A stretch of 64,000 nucleotides of DNA from Phallusia mammillata. Lineage: Eukaryota. The notes beneath the pieces are model-generated. The model ran no database searches, was not told where the DNA came from, and worked only from the letters and a program-made list of their open reading frames with translations. The stretch lies in NCBI GenBank assembly GCA_965637545.1, contig OZ281496.1, positions 14,384,001 through 14,448,000 on the forward strand, given 5' to 3'. The first letter of the stretch is position 1. Each line of letters begins with the position of its first letter. A program made the position numbers and the translations under genes. Below, piece after piece: positions 1 through 13,529 of this stretch.

Positions 1-91
1 TTTAGTTAAAAATCTGACAAAAAAATACAATTGTTGTTGAGTGTCCGCGGGCCGCATTGGAGAGCTCCGAGCCGCGAGTTTGACACCCCTG
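1..91. mobile_element. Right end of a hAT (Charlie-like) MITE
   Basis: gtttgacacccctg at 78-91 is the reverse complement of CAGGGGTGTCAAAC, a typical hAT terminus. Bases 1-40 resemble the MITE end at 56390-56440. Confidence 0.65.
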
Positions 92-159
92 GTTTAAAAG
101 AAATTGTTTGATTGTTTGTTTGAATCTGCCTGTTTTGAAAGAGGTTAAATATTTTTTTT

Positions 160-320
160 CGACTTAGAGTTGGCGATTTCAATTTAGTTCAACTTGGAAA
201 TTTGCGCGGAATGAAGCAATGCCGTTTAAGTTTCTTGCTCAGGGAAACACAAGCGACTGAAAAAGGATTGGAACCTACAACCTTGTGAATACAAGGCGGT
301 TGCACTAACCATTCAGCCAT
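160..320 (-). mobile_element. tRNA-derived SINE
   Basis: Minus strand has an A box (TGGCTGAATGG) and B box (GGTTCCAATCC), followed by GTGTTTCCCTGAGCAAGAAACTT, a common core of deuterostome SINEs. Confidence 0.7.
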
Positions 321-468
321 TTTGACTATTTGGTTGATGATTTAAAAGTGAAAACGTTTTATGCCATATAGATATCTCATTTATGGCATCATATGTAGCC
401 ATCGGTTCATGGTTTTACACAAAAGATTTACGATGCAGACATTAACTCAACTTTGTTCCTTCTAACAG

Positions 469-799
469 GAAACTGTGCAACTGACGAATTTGAATGCGCA
501 TCTGGAGCTTGTATTTCCACAATTTTGAGTATGGGATTGTGTGAATGGAGATGATGAGACTGGTTGTCTTCCACATGATTATGTCCAAGGCAAGTTTCAG
601 CCAACAAAGTCCAAAAATCTCACATGTACATTGGTGCTTGCAAATCCATCCATGTACATCAGAGACAACCGCTCTAATATGTAAAGTTGTGCACGTAACC
701 ATAGCAACTTTGTAATTTTATTTTGCAGATATTGATAACTGCACTGCACATCAATTCGTTTGCGCCAGTGTCACGTCGATTTTGCCGGCGACTGTTTCG
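469..799 (+). pseudogene. LDL-receptor class A repeat exons, frameshifted
   Basis: Exon 469-589 reads NCATDEFECASGACISTIL, then after a frameshift WDCVNGDDETGC. Exon 729-799 reads DNCTAHQFVCAS, then after a frameshift CHVDFAGDCF. Both have AG acceptors, and both have small deletions in the middle of the LDLa module. Confidence 0.65.
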
Positions 800-1791
800 G
801 TAATAAACATTAAATAATATGGACTTGACTAATTCGGTAACGAAACTTAAAAAAACGAAAAAGACACAAATTTTTTTTCTGAATTTTTTTTGTTCAATAT
901 TTGAGAATTGACAGACAATAGACAATATATGTGAGAATAACTCATGGGTTCAAGGCTAAAAAATCAAATAACAAATGTTGGGTACCCATGTGTTTCTGTC
1001 TAAACCAAGAAACGACAAAACATTACGACAATTGTGACCACTGTGTAACGTAACATGGCAAATGACATATACAAACGTGTTATTTTCCAAATGTTAGAAA
1101 AACAATACGTTTATCAATGAAATTGATTTGAAGGCTCTCGTATGTAATTGGCCTCTGCGTTTTAATTAATCTTCTGTTAATTTCTGTTGCCATTTATTGT
1201 AAAGGTTTTGTGGTCACTTTGATCTGACTAGGAAAAGTATTTCCACTACCCGCTGAGTCATCTAGAGAAGCTGTATGGCATTAAAAACAGTCAATCTTTG
1301 ATTTAAAAAAAACAACAATTTGTTTGGTCTTTTAATGATCACAACCAACTGCACAACATCCGGAGTTTCGGCCAGGTATGTTCTAAACTAAAAAATATAT
1401 ATTTTTGTCCTGAAAGTGCCACTAATATTTATAGCAAGTGTAAATGGAATTTTTGGGGATTCCAATTTCTATTATACTTTCGTTTGTTTTCGCAGCCTGT
1501 CAGGAGGTTATGTACGATGTTTCCTCCACGGCAATCAAAGGGATTTATTACAAAACAATGTTACATGTTTTCAAGCGAGACCAGGTAGTATAGGCACAAT
1601 TGACAAAAACTACACACAGAACAGGACCAAAAACTTTTTTGTAGGTATTTTCTCAGTTTCCACCAGTATGTAGGTTGAAGCAAAATGAAAAAAAAAACGT
1701 TTGACAATTAGGGTTACTAAAATACCAAATTCTGTACACAAACACACACATTACGTAACCAAATCACCTGTTAAAGACAATCCGGACTACA

Positions 1792-3030
1792 TTACGTTGC
1801 AACAATTTCAATGCCTTTGCAGTTGTGTGTATTGAGGCAAGACGCTGAAATGAAGTTCTTTGTACATTTAGGGCAATGAAGTTTTTTTAGCTTTGTTTTT
1901 CCATGTTCTGTCTTCATGTGTTCTTGAAACTGTTCTATTCTTGGAAAGCTAAGAGGACATTCGGTGCACTGATGACGTTGCGCTGTTGTGTGAATTTTCA
2001 TGTGACGCAACATGTTTCCGCGCTGACAAATTTTCTTCTCGCAATACTTACAAGCGAATGGCAACTCGCCGGTATGGAGCAGCATATGGTTGTGCAAAGT
2101 TTGACTATATCCGAAACTCTCTTTACAAACTTTGCATTGGTAAGGTTTTTTCTTACAATGAACTTTTTCCTCGTGGGTCGTCGCTTGTGATTTTGTAGCA
2201 AAAGTCTTTGTGCAGACGCCGCAATTGAACTGTTTATTTCTAGTATGCATCACCATGTGACTTTGAAGATGATGCTCTCTGCGGAAATTTTTTTCACAAA
2301 CGTCACATCGGAAAGGTTTTTCGTCATTGTGGACTCTCATATGGGCGATCAAATTGTGTTTGAGGTCCGAAGAGAAAGTGCATTCTGAGCACTGGTGGCG
2401 CTGTTGCATGGAGAGCCCGGGATGTTGTGACTTAAAATGCCAAACTGCTCTTCGCACTCGATGCACTTGTGAAGCGTATCTGTGAAAATGTCGTCGTTGT
2501 ATCGTGGTTTAGAGCAGAAGCAATGTTACCATATTGATAGTATTATTTCTGTAGTAAATAAGGGTAATTTTGTTAATAACATAAAAAGAAGTTTATGCAG
2601 TCCGATTCAAAAGATATTTTACTCTACCCATAAAAATATAAATTTGTAATCCAAAAAGCATTTAAAACAAACCTTCGTGATTTTTTTCGTGAAGTCTACA
2701 AGTTCCTGCTCGTGCAAATTGCTTGTCACAAAACTTGCATCTGTACGGTTTTTCTCCTGTGTGGCCATTTAAATGCTGTTCGTAACTGAATTTCCATTTA
2801 AAAACCTTTTGACAGAAACTACAGACAAACCCCTGTCCTTGATTATGCATAGATCGCTTGTGACTTTTCATGGCACTTGACTGGCTAAACTTTTTCCCAC
2901 ATAAGTCACATTTGTACGGTTGTTCAAAAGTATGCGTGCGAATGTGAAGTTTTAGATGTTCCTTTCGCTTGAATCGTTTCTCACAAATTTCACACGAAAA
3001 CGGGCGTTCCAGATTTTCCTGAAGTGACAT
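1792..3030 (-). pseudogene. Multi-C2H2 zinc-finger gene (~12 fingers), two exons, frame-disrupted
   Basis: ORFs 2662-3030 (4 fingers) and 1792-2466 (7 fingers) have HTGEKP-type linkers. A phase-1 intron at 2480-2672 gives HE-D-TLHKCIECEEQF, but that finger changes frame near 2410-2450. Confidence 0.75.
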
Positions 3031-5008
3031 TTTCCAGCAGTGATCGACTTTATACCCACAAATTTCTTAAAGAAGCTGAAACTGTAGACTTCTGCACAAA
3101 ATGAAATACTTAGCTATTTGGTATGCGTTTTTGTTCAAGCAATGACTAATTTGACCAAAAGAGCGCTTTAAGCACACTAGTTATCAACATTGCACCTATT
3201 TTTTTCTCTTGCAAACTAACCTCCTAAACAGTAGTTCGAGAAAACCGATAAGACATCGCACTTTGTCGCAAAAGAACACGCAAGCTAGATAATGACTGGC
3301 AATTAACACCTTCTCCATTGTTATTTTCAGGCCATACACAAAAGAAGGCAGTTGGAAACAAGCAGCTGCGTAAATGGCCAACAAGACAATTGTTACCACA
3401 ACTTTATTTAGAATTTAATGCGGCTTATTACATTATTACCGCTGTAAAAAGCCATTTTTCACATTACACTTTATTTGCTAAAAAGCTTACAAATATTTTT
3501 AAATATGGTGTGAAAGATGTCGGTAATTTTGGTAACAATTGAATAAATAAAATGAGGCCCTTGTCTTAGTCATTAAGCCATGAAATATTCAGTAGTAGGT
3601 GCATGCTTTATTACAAGAATTTTGCGACAGGCTAGTTAATCTCTCAAGACACACCGGTTAAAAAACACGCCAAGCTACGTTGCATTGAAAATAGAAAGTG
3701 TGTATTGGCGTCCCAATTCTTTCGTTTAAATGTGAAAAAATCATTCTGCACTACGGCAGGGACTAACTTTTTTTGTAAAATTACCACAAGATCTCTAGTG
3801 AAATACATTTATAGGTTTGAAGAATTCGGGCCAAATGTTCATAGTTTGCAGATAAGAAAAAATTTTTTTTTCAGCGATGTTAAACAAAGAAAACCGTAAT
3901 GTGCGCCGCAACTTAAGTATGCCACAAGCTGACAGGGTACAAACTTGACACCACTACGTACAACTTTTAAAACTGGAAGTTCTTTATATGTTTCCTAATC
4001 TTTATAACATAGATGGCGAAATAAAACCAACACCAATCTTCAAGTAAAACCATATCTGTTTCACATACTTTTCACACTGCCTACCACATTGAGCGACACT
4101 GACGAAATTTAAAATTAATTCTTGTCGTAGACCAACTAAGTCACTTCCAAAATAACTGCTCCATCGGGTATTCAAGTGGTACTTCGCATATCGTTGCGTA
4201 CGCATTTGCAAAGTCATATCGTAAGTCTAAGTTTCATGCAACTTACATCCAACCCGGTTTTCTATGTAGTAAAGTTTTCCAAAACCTTTCCTTGCCTTTC
4301 CACACAGAACAAGTCTATCGTGTGCGGCGAACGCAGGCGTTCTTGTCAAACAGGAAGCAATTCAATTCACGTGGGGAACCAGAGCACGTAATGTGGGGCG
4401 GATTAAAGCAGCGGCCGTCAAATGAATCGGGGTATCTTTAGTGTGTTTCCATGGCACGTCTATAGTGGTTAACTGGTCTGTTTTTCGACGCAGGTTATAC
4501 TTTTAACTACAAGTTATCCGATAAAGTTGTTTCGTACACTCCTTATACTGTATGTTCTTTGGAATAAAACTGTGGTTTTAATGTAAAAGTGGCAACAGGC
4601 TTTGTGGTCATTTTTTGCCAAAACATTATTTTAACTTCAACAAACTTTAACGTGAAATTCGAAACTCCTACAGTTATTCTTAATATGGTTTAAAATACCA
4701 ATACGACAGCGATGTAGAACCTTACGCTTTAATATAGCAGTAAGTATGAAAAGCATCAATATTTTAAACCATGTTATGAATAACATACGGATTTCCTGAA
4801 CTCGGTCTTTATCAACTGCTCTACAAAAATAATGAATGTGGTATACACTTTCTTTTCCTAGTCGTACCTTTCCATAGTTCGCGCCACGCAATATAAGGCG
4901 TTTGTGCAGCTACTGCTAATATACAATCGGAAGCAATTTAGTTGCCCGTTTCTGACCACACTTAGTGTCGAAAGCATATGAAGAAATACATTTTAAACTC
5001 TGTGAGAC

Positions 5009-5459
5009 CAGGGCTACTCAAATTTTCTTGCTCTGCGACCCCATTTTGAAACAGAAATTTCTACGCGACCCCTTGATGGGTATGCTGTAAAGAAATATAC
5101 TTATATATATACCATCTCATAATTCCTAAAAAGCCTAACTTTTTTCTGACTTGATACACAGCATGACAGTCTTAGTTTTTATGACGTAATAATCTATATT
5201 GTGACACTTGTGGTATCTGCTTTTCCGCATTGTTTGCGCACAATAGGCATGAAAAAGTCTGGCGCATATGGCTACTAGGCTGGCAATACTCTTTGAAGTT
5301 CTGCAAAATGTGTTTAGAGCAGTTAGAATAGACGGGAATGATGTTTAAACAATAGATGTACGCACGTATACTATTTACTGTGACTGACATAATAACCCAT
5401 AATGTTTCGCGACCCCAAAATTATATTTCGCGACCCCAATTGGGGTTTGAGAAGCCCTG
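5009..5459. mobile_element. hAT MITE
   Basis: TIRs cagggctactcaaa / tttgagaagccctg. 8-bp TSD tgtgagac / tgttagac (7 of 8 match). The internal part is shared with 56060-56170. Confidence 0.85.
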
Positions 5460-5867
5460 TGTTAGACGATGATAGTTTATTTTCTTTGTCGCCATTTGCC
5501 TGCTATACCCAAGTCCAACATTTTGAGGTGTTAACTCAGTATAGCTTTATTACGATACTTGTTAAAACATTCGTTTATTTACGTCTAAGTAGATCTCCCG
5601 AGTCTGTTTGCGGTGTTATATAATAACAGAAAAATGAGGAAGAGAAATTATTTAACCGCTTTTACCTTCATGAAGTCAACTGTAAGATTCTAGGAGATTA
5701 TTCCGTCTTGGGCCCGAAATTTTTTTGTTGTATGTCAGTGCTGTTATTTTGATAAATAATTTCAGGAGCGATATACACATCATACTAAACTGGTAACATA
5801 CAAACACAATTGAAATAAGTTCGTTCAACAACAAACAAAAAAAATGAGATTTTACAGAAAGCAAATC

Positions 5868-7350
5868 CTAATACACTTTTGGCGAAAAATTGAAAATTTT
5901 TACGAAAGTTTCGGAAACTTCGCTGACAATTAAATCGCCCAAATTTGTCGCAGTGACGTCATGAGGTCGCCATAGCTTGTGGTCACGCTTGGTTAATGTC
6001 GCTGCCCTGAACTCACAATCAGAGTTGAACTGCAAAACTCGGTGATTCCCCACATCACAAACAAACACGTTGTCATGACAATCGCACGTGACGCCGGCCG
6101 GGTACTTCATCTCGTACCCACAACCGCTTAGGGGGCGGATCAGGTGTATGGGGTTCCCATAAGGGTCAAAAACCACCACCTGGTTTTCAAGGTGGTTTGG
6201 CACCACAACGTGGCCTTTACTGTTGCAGCAAATCCGCAGGAGGTCGCCCTTGATGCCCGGATTAAAACTTTCCAAGAGTCTGCTATCTTTTGAACACGTA
6301 GAAATCCGCATCTTGCGTCTGCATGACAGAAAAATCAAATGTTCAACCTTATCTTCCCACAACTGCAATAATGTTACGTTATAAGTTCAACATTCTTTAC
6401 AAATCATACTTATATTCGTTATCCAGACTTATAGATGGGCTGAGTTTATATTTCTTCTATTCACTGGCCTGTTACCATTAGCAACAAAAGTTAAAGAATA
6501 CTGAGAAAAATTTTCAGCGAATGTACAAACTTAATTGAATGTGCTCTTAATTTGAAACTTACCTGTCAATAGCAACAATTCGGTCCATATTGACTACAGC
6601 GATACAAGATGTTGAACCAATCACACCCGGTCCGAAGCTGCTTATTTTTCGGCCTTCGGGAGAGAAAATCCCAATCCTCGAAGTCCCGTCAAAACCAACG
6701 CAATTAATACATAAGTTCCCGTCCCTACAAACCTGGACACCTTGCGCTTGGAAGTTAAATCCTTTCATAGTGGTCGGAAAGGAACTTCTGTAAAGAAGAG
6801 AGAATGCGAGACCAAGATCATACATTTTTGTTAAATTAATTCTTTTTTTTACACCAACAATTAACAACTGTTGAATTAGAGTTCGTAACTATCGTAATGT
6901 TCGGTGTTTTAAACTTAGCTACTCACATTGGTTTTCGCTTTAACAGGTCAATAACCTGTACGCGTTTGTTCCAAAGGTCACATACATACAGGATTTTGCC
7001 ATCCTTGCTAGTGGTAAAATGTTGTACCCAGCCCCCGAACTGACCTGGGGCCTTTCCTTTTCTCCCCACCTATAAAGTGTGTGCGGTTTAAGTTAAACTA
7101 AGCAACTTAGTAATGCAAACTTCACATCAATATTTTTACATTAGCGAAAGTTGGATAGATTTCAATGAACAAAATTAGCAAGATATGGGTATGTTTATCC
7201 TACCTCAAAATTGTAGTTCACATAACCCTGAACAGGAATAGGTTTTGCAGGTGGGACTCCCACTTCTGAATAGGGATCTTCCCCTGCTTGTAAACCATCA
7301 TACGAGAAACTCCTAAATTGTATGACATCATCAGGTTTGAATCCACCGAA
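5868..7350 (-). pseudogene. NHL-repeat (TRIM-NHL-like) gene, probably disrupted
   Basis: Exons 7350-7204, 7069-6927, 6787-6563 and 6362-5868 carry NHL motifs (GRKGKAPGQF, LYVCDLWNKRVQV, YPAGVTCDCHDNVFVCDVGNHRVLQF). The phase-2 donor at 6562 does not join the phase-0 terminal exon in frame. Coding-like DNA upstream (7460-8380) contains stops. Confidence 0.7.
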
Positions 7351-8666
7351 CTAATAAAGTTTTACTTAGCATAAGAAAATGCAACCAAAAAAAGTAACAT
7401 AGTTGTTTGTTTCGCGCTTTACGTTAAATAAAACCTGAAAGGCTGCACTTGTTTTTACCTGTCTCAGAAAGAGCGTCCAAATCAATATAGAAAAATTAAA
7501 CACTTTCTTTACAAGCTTTTAGATTCTTTACATGGCTGTTACTTGAGTGCATGCTTCTTTCAAACGCTTTGCTTCAATGTGAACAAGTATAATATGGACA
7601 TGGACGGTTGTAAAGCTGTGTTACCATTTTTCTAGACGACGTCATGTTCCTGTGACGCTCTGCCGGTAAACGCAAAGTGGACGGATATCAGAAGTAAACT
7701 AACAATGGCATAAAACTGTTAAGCGGTATGTAATAAATACACAACCTGTAGGCTCACAACGTCATACATGCAATTTGCATAACTGTCAGTGCCGTTTTTA
7801 TTGTGGTTACTAAATGCCACACAATAGTGTCAACAACAAAAAGTTATTGCAAACTGATTCCAACTGCAACATATGACCCTTGCTCTATATCATAAATGGA
7901 ATCGCAATATACATTGCCGTTTACACAAACTTAACAAATTTTCCCTTTTTACGAAATATCCTAATAACAGACTGCACAACTTCGCCTGTGAGTTGCCTTT
8001 TCTTATAACAGCAAGCACAATACAACCACGAGTTTACACACTGTTCGATGCTTGAAACGTTTAAATCAACACAGAACAACACCTGTGGGAGGCATTTGCA
8101 GGTTCGACTGATTGTTACGTCACTGAGAAGCGGAAACGTCGCGTCATACAACTGTGTGTCATGTAGTACGGCTATGTATTAAAGTATTCGAATGATAGCT
8201 GGATGTTCTATTAAATATAGTTTTGCCAACTAATATGATTAAACAATCTAATGCGAAGATTGTGGTACCTGCTGTAATTGTTGCGACATGGAATATTAAC
8301 GCTTTGTTAAAACATCCGTCGCTTGAAATCAAAACATAGATTGCATTGATAACATTCAAGTAATAGTGATTCACTAGCTGATTTGAAACATCATTTTCAG
8401 TATAATTTACATATTAACTGGTAAGTGAGTTTTTACTTTTTTGCACTTGGTTCAGCGTTTCAACGTTTTCAGGGTGCAAGAAACTAACAGTTTGGTTGAA
8501 TTGCGCACTTTATAACACAGATTGCCACAATGTACAATCAGTACAATATTCACAAAAAAACTTATTGTAACGAAGTTGCCTTGTCTGCCTATGCGTGTGT
8601 TGTTCGGGTTAATTGTTCGTCCCCGAAAATCGACAATGATATTTAAAGTCGATAATGACATTTTCG

Positions 8667-8870
8667 CTACATTTGAGTTCGCAAGGAAGATACTTTTTTT
8701 GTAAACGCGACACTTTCGTTCCATAATCTTTCTCCGAAAACCTCATCCTTGGCAAACTCTCACAGTTCCTCTCGAGTACAGTCTGTAAAGTACTTTCCGC
8801 TCATTTGAGTAACATCGTCATATGAGCAGTATAAAAATGTTTGAATACGTCGGTTTCCCGAGTTGTTAAT
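8667..8870 (-). pseudogene. Short-chain dehydrogenase/reductase (RDH11/12-like) C-terminal fragment
   Basis: IQTFLYCSYDDVTQMSGKYFTDCTREEL*EFAKDEVFGERLWNES matches the GxQTxLYC / SGKYFxDC / RLWxxS SDR tail. Premature TGA at 8760-8762. Confidence 0.7.
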
Positions 8871-9294
8871 ATTTTGCGTTAAACTTAACAAGTGCCTATG
8901 AAATCTTAGGTCACCTCTTTTACAAAATCTCGATTGTTACAAATACTCTTTATATTTGGGAACGACAGTTATTATTTTATTAATGCCTTGGTGTTGTTTT
9001 ATCGCAATCGTTAATTTTTGCCAAGGTTATATTTTAAGTTGTCTACCATTTATAATCATATGCATTTAGTCACTAAATGCACATGGGTATCCAATAAAGT
9101 TGTTTAAAGGTTGGAGCCCTTCTCCTGTTTGATTGAACGGGAAATGGATGTTAAAGCTGCAGCAATATCTGATGTGATTCAAACAAGCTTCTGCAAATAG
9201 ACCGTCGCATCGTCTCCATATGGCCGGATAAATTGCGTGTACTCTGTGGTACGCACAGAACAATGCAATAAGCCAGCTTCCTCTTTATCGTACC

Positions 9295-10592
9295 CATAGG
9301 CGCCGAACACGGGTATGCCGGGTATGCCAGGCATACCCGGACGAAAACCTCGGGTATGCCGCATACCCGAGAATTGGACCAACGTTAGTCATGCATTTGT
9401 ATAAATTATTGTAATACGAACAAATACGTGACAAAAACAAAGCGTTCATTATTTCACAACCAATGAATTTTTCGCATTGATTACAATTGTAACGTCTTCA
9501 AGAAGCATTGGAATTTAAACATTAAAGGGTGGTAAAAAGCACAACAAAGGTTGGCGTGCGCTTGCGGGGGAGGGCAAACGCCGCCATGGGCGCCGCCACG
9601 TAGGGGCAAGAGAGGGCACTTGCCCCCCCTTGGAATTTCAGTGTGCCTCAATTTAACATATTTAGCAGCAAACCTAATTAAATTGGCAGCGCGGGGATTC
9701 GTGACATCGTTCAATGCTTTAACTTTTAGGCAACTCAATTGTGAAGTACACGATTTATGGCTTCATATGTAACAAATTCTTGATGCGGTAAAGTATCAGC
9801 CAAAATTTGCCCCCTCTTGCAAAATTTTCTGTCGGCGCCCATGAACGCCGCTGTCCCGGGTAAAACGTCGATGACCACGTGATAAAAAAAACTTTAGAAT
9901 ACAGTCCAATCTTTTGTTCTGACAGCTTCTGCCGCCAGGACAACGACTGTCTAGTTTCAACCGAAAAAACAACAACGCTTATTGTTACGTCACAAACGTA
10001 TAGGTTGGTATTTTTCCCAAAATTAACGTGTTATATTATCGAAAGTTTCTGGCTGTTTAGGACATCGTTTGAAGTACACTAAACTTTTATATTTAATAAT
10101 GCGTCACAAATAACTCACTGGATTAAATATGCGAAACGTTGTAAACGAATCAAGCGTTTTTAAAACGTATAAAACGATTTTTGTGATGACTAGACAAGAA
10201 GTATGTGCGCTTTGTAGCGTGAAGACAAATCTTTTTTGTGATAGGTATTACAGAGAAAATATGAGTTAAACATTACAGCAGTTTGCGACGTAAGGTGATG
10301 TCCGAGCAAAAGCTATTTTATCTTTATTGTTGCGCCTCCCCGTAATTTCGGTAAATGGGTCCAATTTTTTACAATGTGTAACGCAGTGTTACAGCGCACA
10401 AACATGCGTTGAATTGCAAAAGAAGCAGAAGAGCCTGGTGGTTAAATTACTATGTGTAAACTCATATACTGCAAGAATTAACGTCATCCCACCATATGTG
10501 GCCACAGGATTTGAATTTGGCATTTCGTGACGTAATTTTGTGACGTCATATAATATGGCATACCCGGGAAAAATTTAAAGTCGGCGCCTATG
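9295..10592. mobile_element. Non-autonomous hAT element (1.3 kb)
   Basis: Perfect TIRs CATAGGCGCCGA / TCGGCGCCTATG. Perfect 8-bp TSD atcgtacc (9287-9294, 10593-10600). Subterminal ggcataccc motifs. Confidence 0.9.
9585..9843. mobile_element. hAT MITE nested in the previous element
   Basis: TIRs catgggcgccg / cggcgcccatg. Perfect TSD aacgccgc (9577-9584, 9844-9851). Confidence 0.9.
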
Positions 10593-11207
10593 ATCGTACC
10601 GAAGGAAAAAAAGGCAGTGCTGTCAACTGCCACATAAGACATAACGTTCTACAAACTTGATATTATGCCTGGTAACAACAGTTTATACATAGACATGAAG
10701 TATTATTTGCTCTTTGTGCATTTATCTTTTTGTAGTTCGTTGTTTTGTGACAATATGTATGAAGAAACCTGGGCCATTTTTGGTACCCTTTTTGTGATTC
10801 CATGGCGTGTTGTTTAAAAAGCACAGTTATAGAAGACAAACGAGTCGTCCTAAGGTAGTATCTTTCACAAATAGTCTGTTTCATGTTGGAAACACTTTCG
10901 AAGCATCAAATTGTACAGCACAAAACACGTTTAGGTACGAATGAGAATTAAACTTATTTAGAGAAAGTTTTTGGGTTAGGTATTTGGGTAATTAGAAGAC
11001 AATAATGCGCTGCATCAAACTGGAATACAATCGAACAACAAAAACGCGGTCATCATGCATGAAATAAATAGTTTACTAAATTAAAATTTCGTGTGTACCT
11101 TCTCTCACTTCAATCTTTCTTAATTTATAACTTTTCTTGTGTTAACTTTTTCTGTTTAACGGTGTGGATAAAAAGCGCCCCGATCATAAAAGTTGTCATG
11201 CTCTAAT

Positions 11208-13529
11208 CTAAGAGATGTACATAGGCTCTTTCCAACCGGGGAGCATGCATTTTCCGTTATTTTCAAACATATAATCTTGCAACTCCGCTTTTAGTGAGGA
11301 GTTTATGATTACACGAGGCGATAAACGATTAGGTTTTACAGGTGACGGCTTATTTTGTCTATGGCGTAGTATTTCCAAATCCTTTGCCATTTTATCCCGT
11401 CCGTACGTGTCAACGCGTTTCCAGAAGGTTTTGTTAAAGTAATCGTAAAGCGCAATGTCCTGAAACAAAAAGAAAACGTTACCACTACGTTACTCAGAAC
11501 CTTCAAAACAAGCCAACGAATTGAGGTAAAACACGGAATTTAGTTCTAAAACTTTATCGCTTGACTCTTCTTAAACAGCAGTAGCACGTAGCAGTTTACC
11601 ACTTCTGCCGTTGCATGTAATTTAAAGAGTAGAAGCTTTTTTTGCGAAGCGTGTAACAGTTAAGTACAAATATCGGATTCCAGAGATAGTATTACAAAAC
11701 TTATTTTGTTCTTACGTACAATGTTATAGAGTTGCTGAAAGTTTTTCTTTTCCTGTTCGTCAATTAGGGATTTTCGATTGTAATTTCTTTTTTTCTCTTC
11801 AAAAATATTGCTTACAATATCCCAATCGCAACAGAGTAGATCCTTACACAAAAACATTTTTTTGTTTGAAACACTCTGCAGTTTAACATCAAAATATTAT
11901 TTTCGGGCAATAAACTCAATTGTCTTTTATGATTAGCAGCAAATCGTTTGATAACTGATTTCAAAAATGGGTCGGATGGAAACAAAGCTATTGAAGTTGG
12001 AACGTTTCATTACGACAAAGAGTCAGAAGTCTATGCCAAACAAACCTTAAGCAGTATTAGAGACTCCTCAAGATATTCAAGTAGCATTACTAGAGCCATG
12101 TTTTTATCCAATTCTCGTATCTGTCTTTTAATTTCTTTTTCATCGTCCAACATTGAGTCAAAGCCTAAATCGTAGGATTGAGAATTTCGGTATCTGCAGA
12201 AAAAGTAGGTTTCATTGAAATCCAGTGTTTGTGACAGGTCCACAAGTAATTAAATTGTGTTCAAACAATTTGGTTACCGCATTTGCGCAAAACTCACCTG
12301 AAATAAAAAGGAACCGACGAATTGAGCAATAATACAGCTTTTGAAAGGAATTGAGCCGTGTCGGCCTCTGCACCCTGATTGACGTATATTGATGGCATTT
12401 GGTCGCAGTGGAACGTACGCGTTATCAGTTTGGGGAAAAAGTTATAAGAAGAGAGGAAGTTGTCCCACGGCTTTCGAATTATTGTAAAATACCTATTTCG
12501 AAGTAAAAAGTTGCGAGCTTTTTTACCTCGTTTGCGAAGTTGGTTTACTTAAGGTACAACACATACTACCCTACATAAAACTAGCAACTTATGGAGTATA
12601 CTACCTTGTATCGGGATGAAAACATCTTTTCATTTCATCTGCATCAAACCTCGTGTGAAGAACATTAATTGTAGATCCTTTGGGAAAACTGAACTTGCAC
12701 TTGAAGCGACCGGGATACCCCCCTACTGTAGATTTCGGAAACCCCGCAGTCTGCAACTGCATAATGCGATTACATGACATGCAGAACCTTTTTTTATCTA
12801 TTATAAACAGAACTGCGTACCAACTTTACACTTAAGTACCAAAATCGGCAAGTTTTTTAATTAATAAGTTTGTACGTGCCGTTTGCTGCCGTTTGTTTTA
12901 GGTGTTACTAATAGGCATTGACAATCAGTAGGGGCCTTGTAGTTCGCGTTGAACTACTTTGCGAAATCCTTTGTTTTAACAACTTAAACAAACATTTAGA
13001 GTTTGTGGTTGTGGAGGTAATTATGATAGTATTTCAGCCAACAAAACGAAATCTACAACTAAATCATTCGTTAAAGCATCACGTTAACTAAAGTCAAAAA
13101 TCTCACCTGTGACACGTTATGTTTGTTCATGAACTTGTAGAGAACCTTCTTCGTAGTGGTGGAACCAGTTTTATGAGTTTTTATAAACACGAACTTGAGG
13201 ATAGGTTTGGAACATTTCATATTCTGCAGTTTGATTACTGGAGTTGTATTCACGTGTTGTTTTAAGAACGGAAATTCAATAAGTTGAAACAGTGGCTACC
13301 AAAAACAAATAGACACAAGCATGAAGTTATCTAAAATAAATGTACACATACACCAAATTAGAACAAATAATGCGATACGCACCTTTTCGTTGATTATCTT
13401 TTGGACAAGATCTGTGTCAAATACTTGTTTCGTCGTTGTAATAAGCAGTGAATTCAACCAAAACATTGCGGCTAATGCCAGAAAAGCCGAAATACTAAAA
13501 CCGATACGACACAACCCTGGCCTGTACAT
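11208..13529 (-). CDS. Galactose-3-O-sulfotransferase (GAL3ST family), 7 exons, ~401 aa, apparently intact
   Basis: Exons 13529-13383, 13295-13107, 12756-12605, 12492-12298, 12193-12046, 11842-11720 and 11459-11208 join in phase with GT-AG introns. N-terminal TM segment, 5'-PSB motif FVFIKTHKTGSTT, YFTIIRKPWDNFLSSY and LYDYFNKTFW. Alternative ATG at 13559. Confidence 0.88.

Noticed and set aside
4010-4560. Plus-strand exon-like segments with GT/AG signals
   Set aside because: No consistent frame and no recognisable protein family.
7040-7070. Apparent 1-bp frameshift in the NHL gene (WGEKG)
   Set aside because: The upstream exon ends in phase 0, giving VGRKGKAPGQF in frame.
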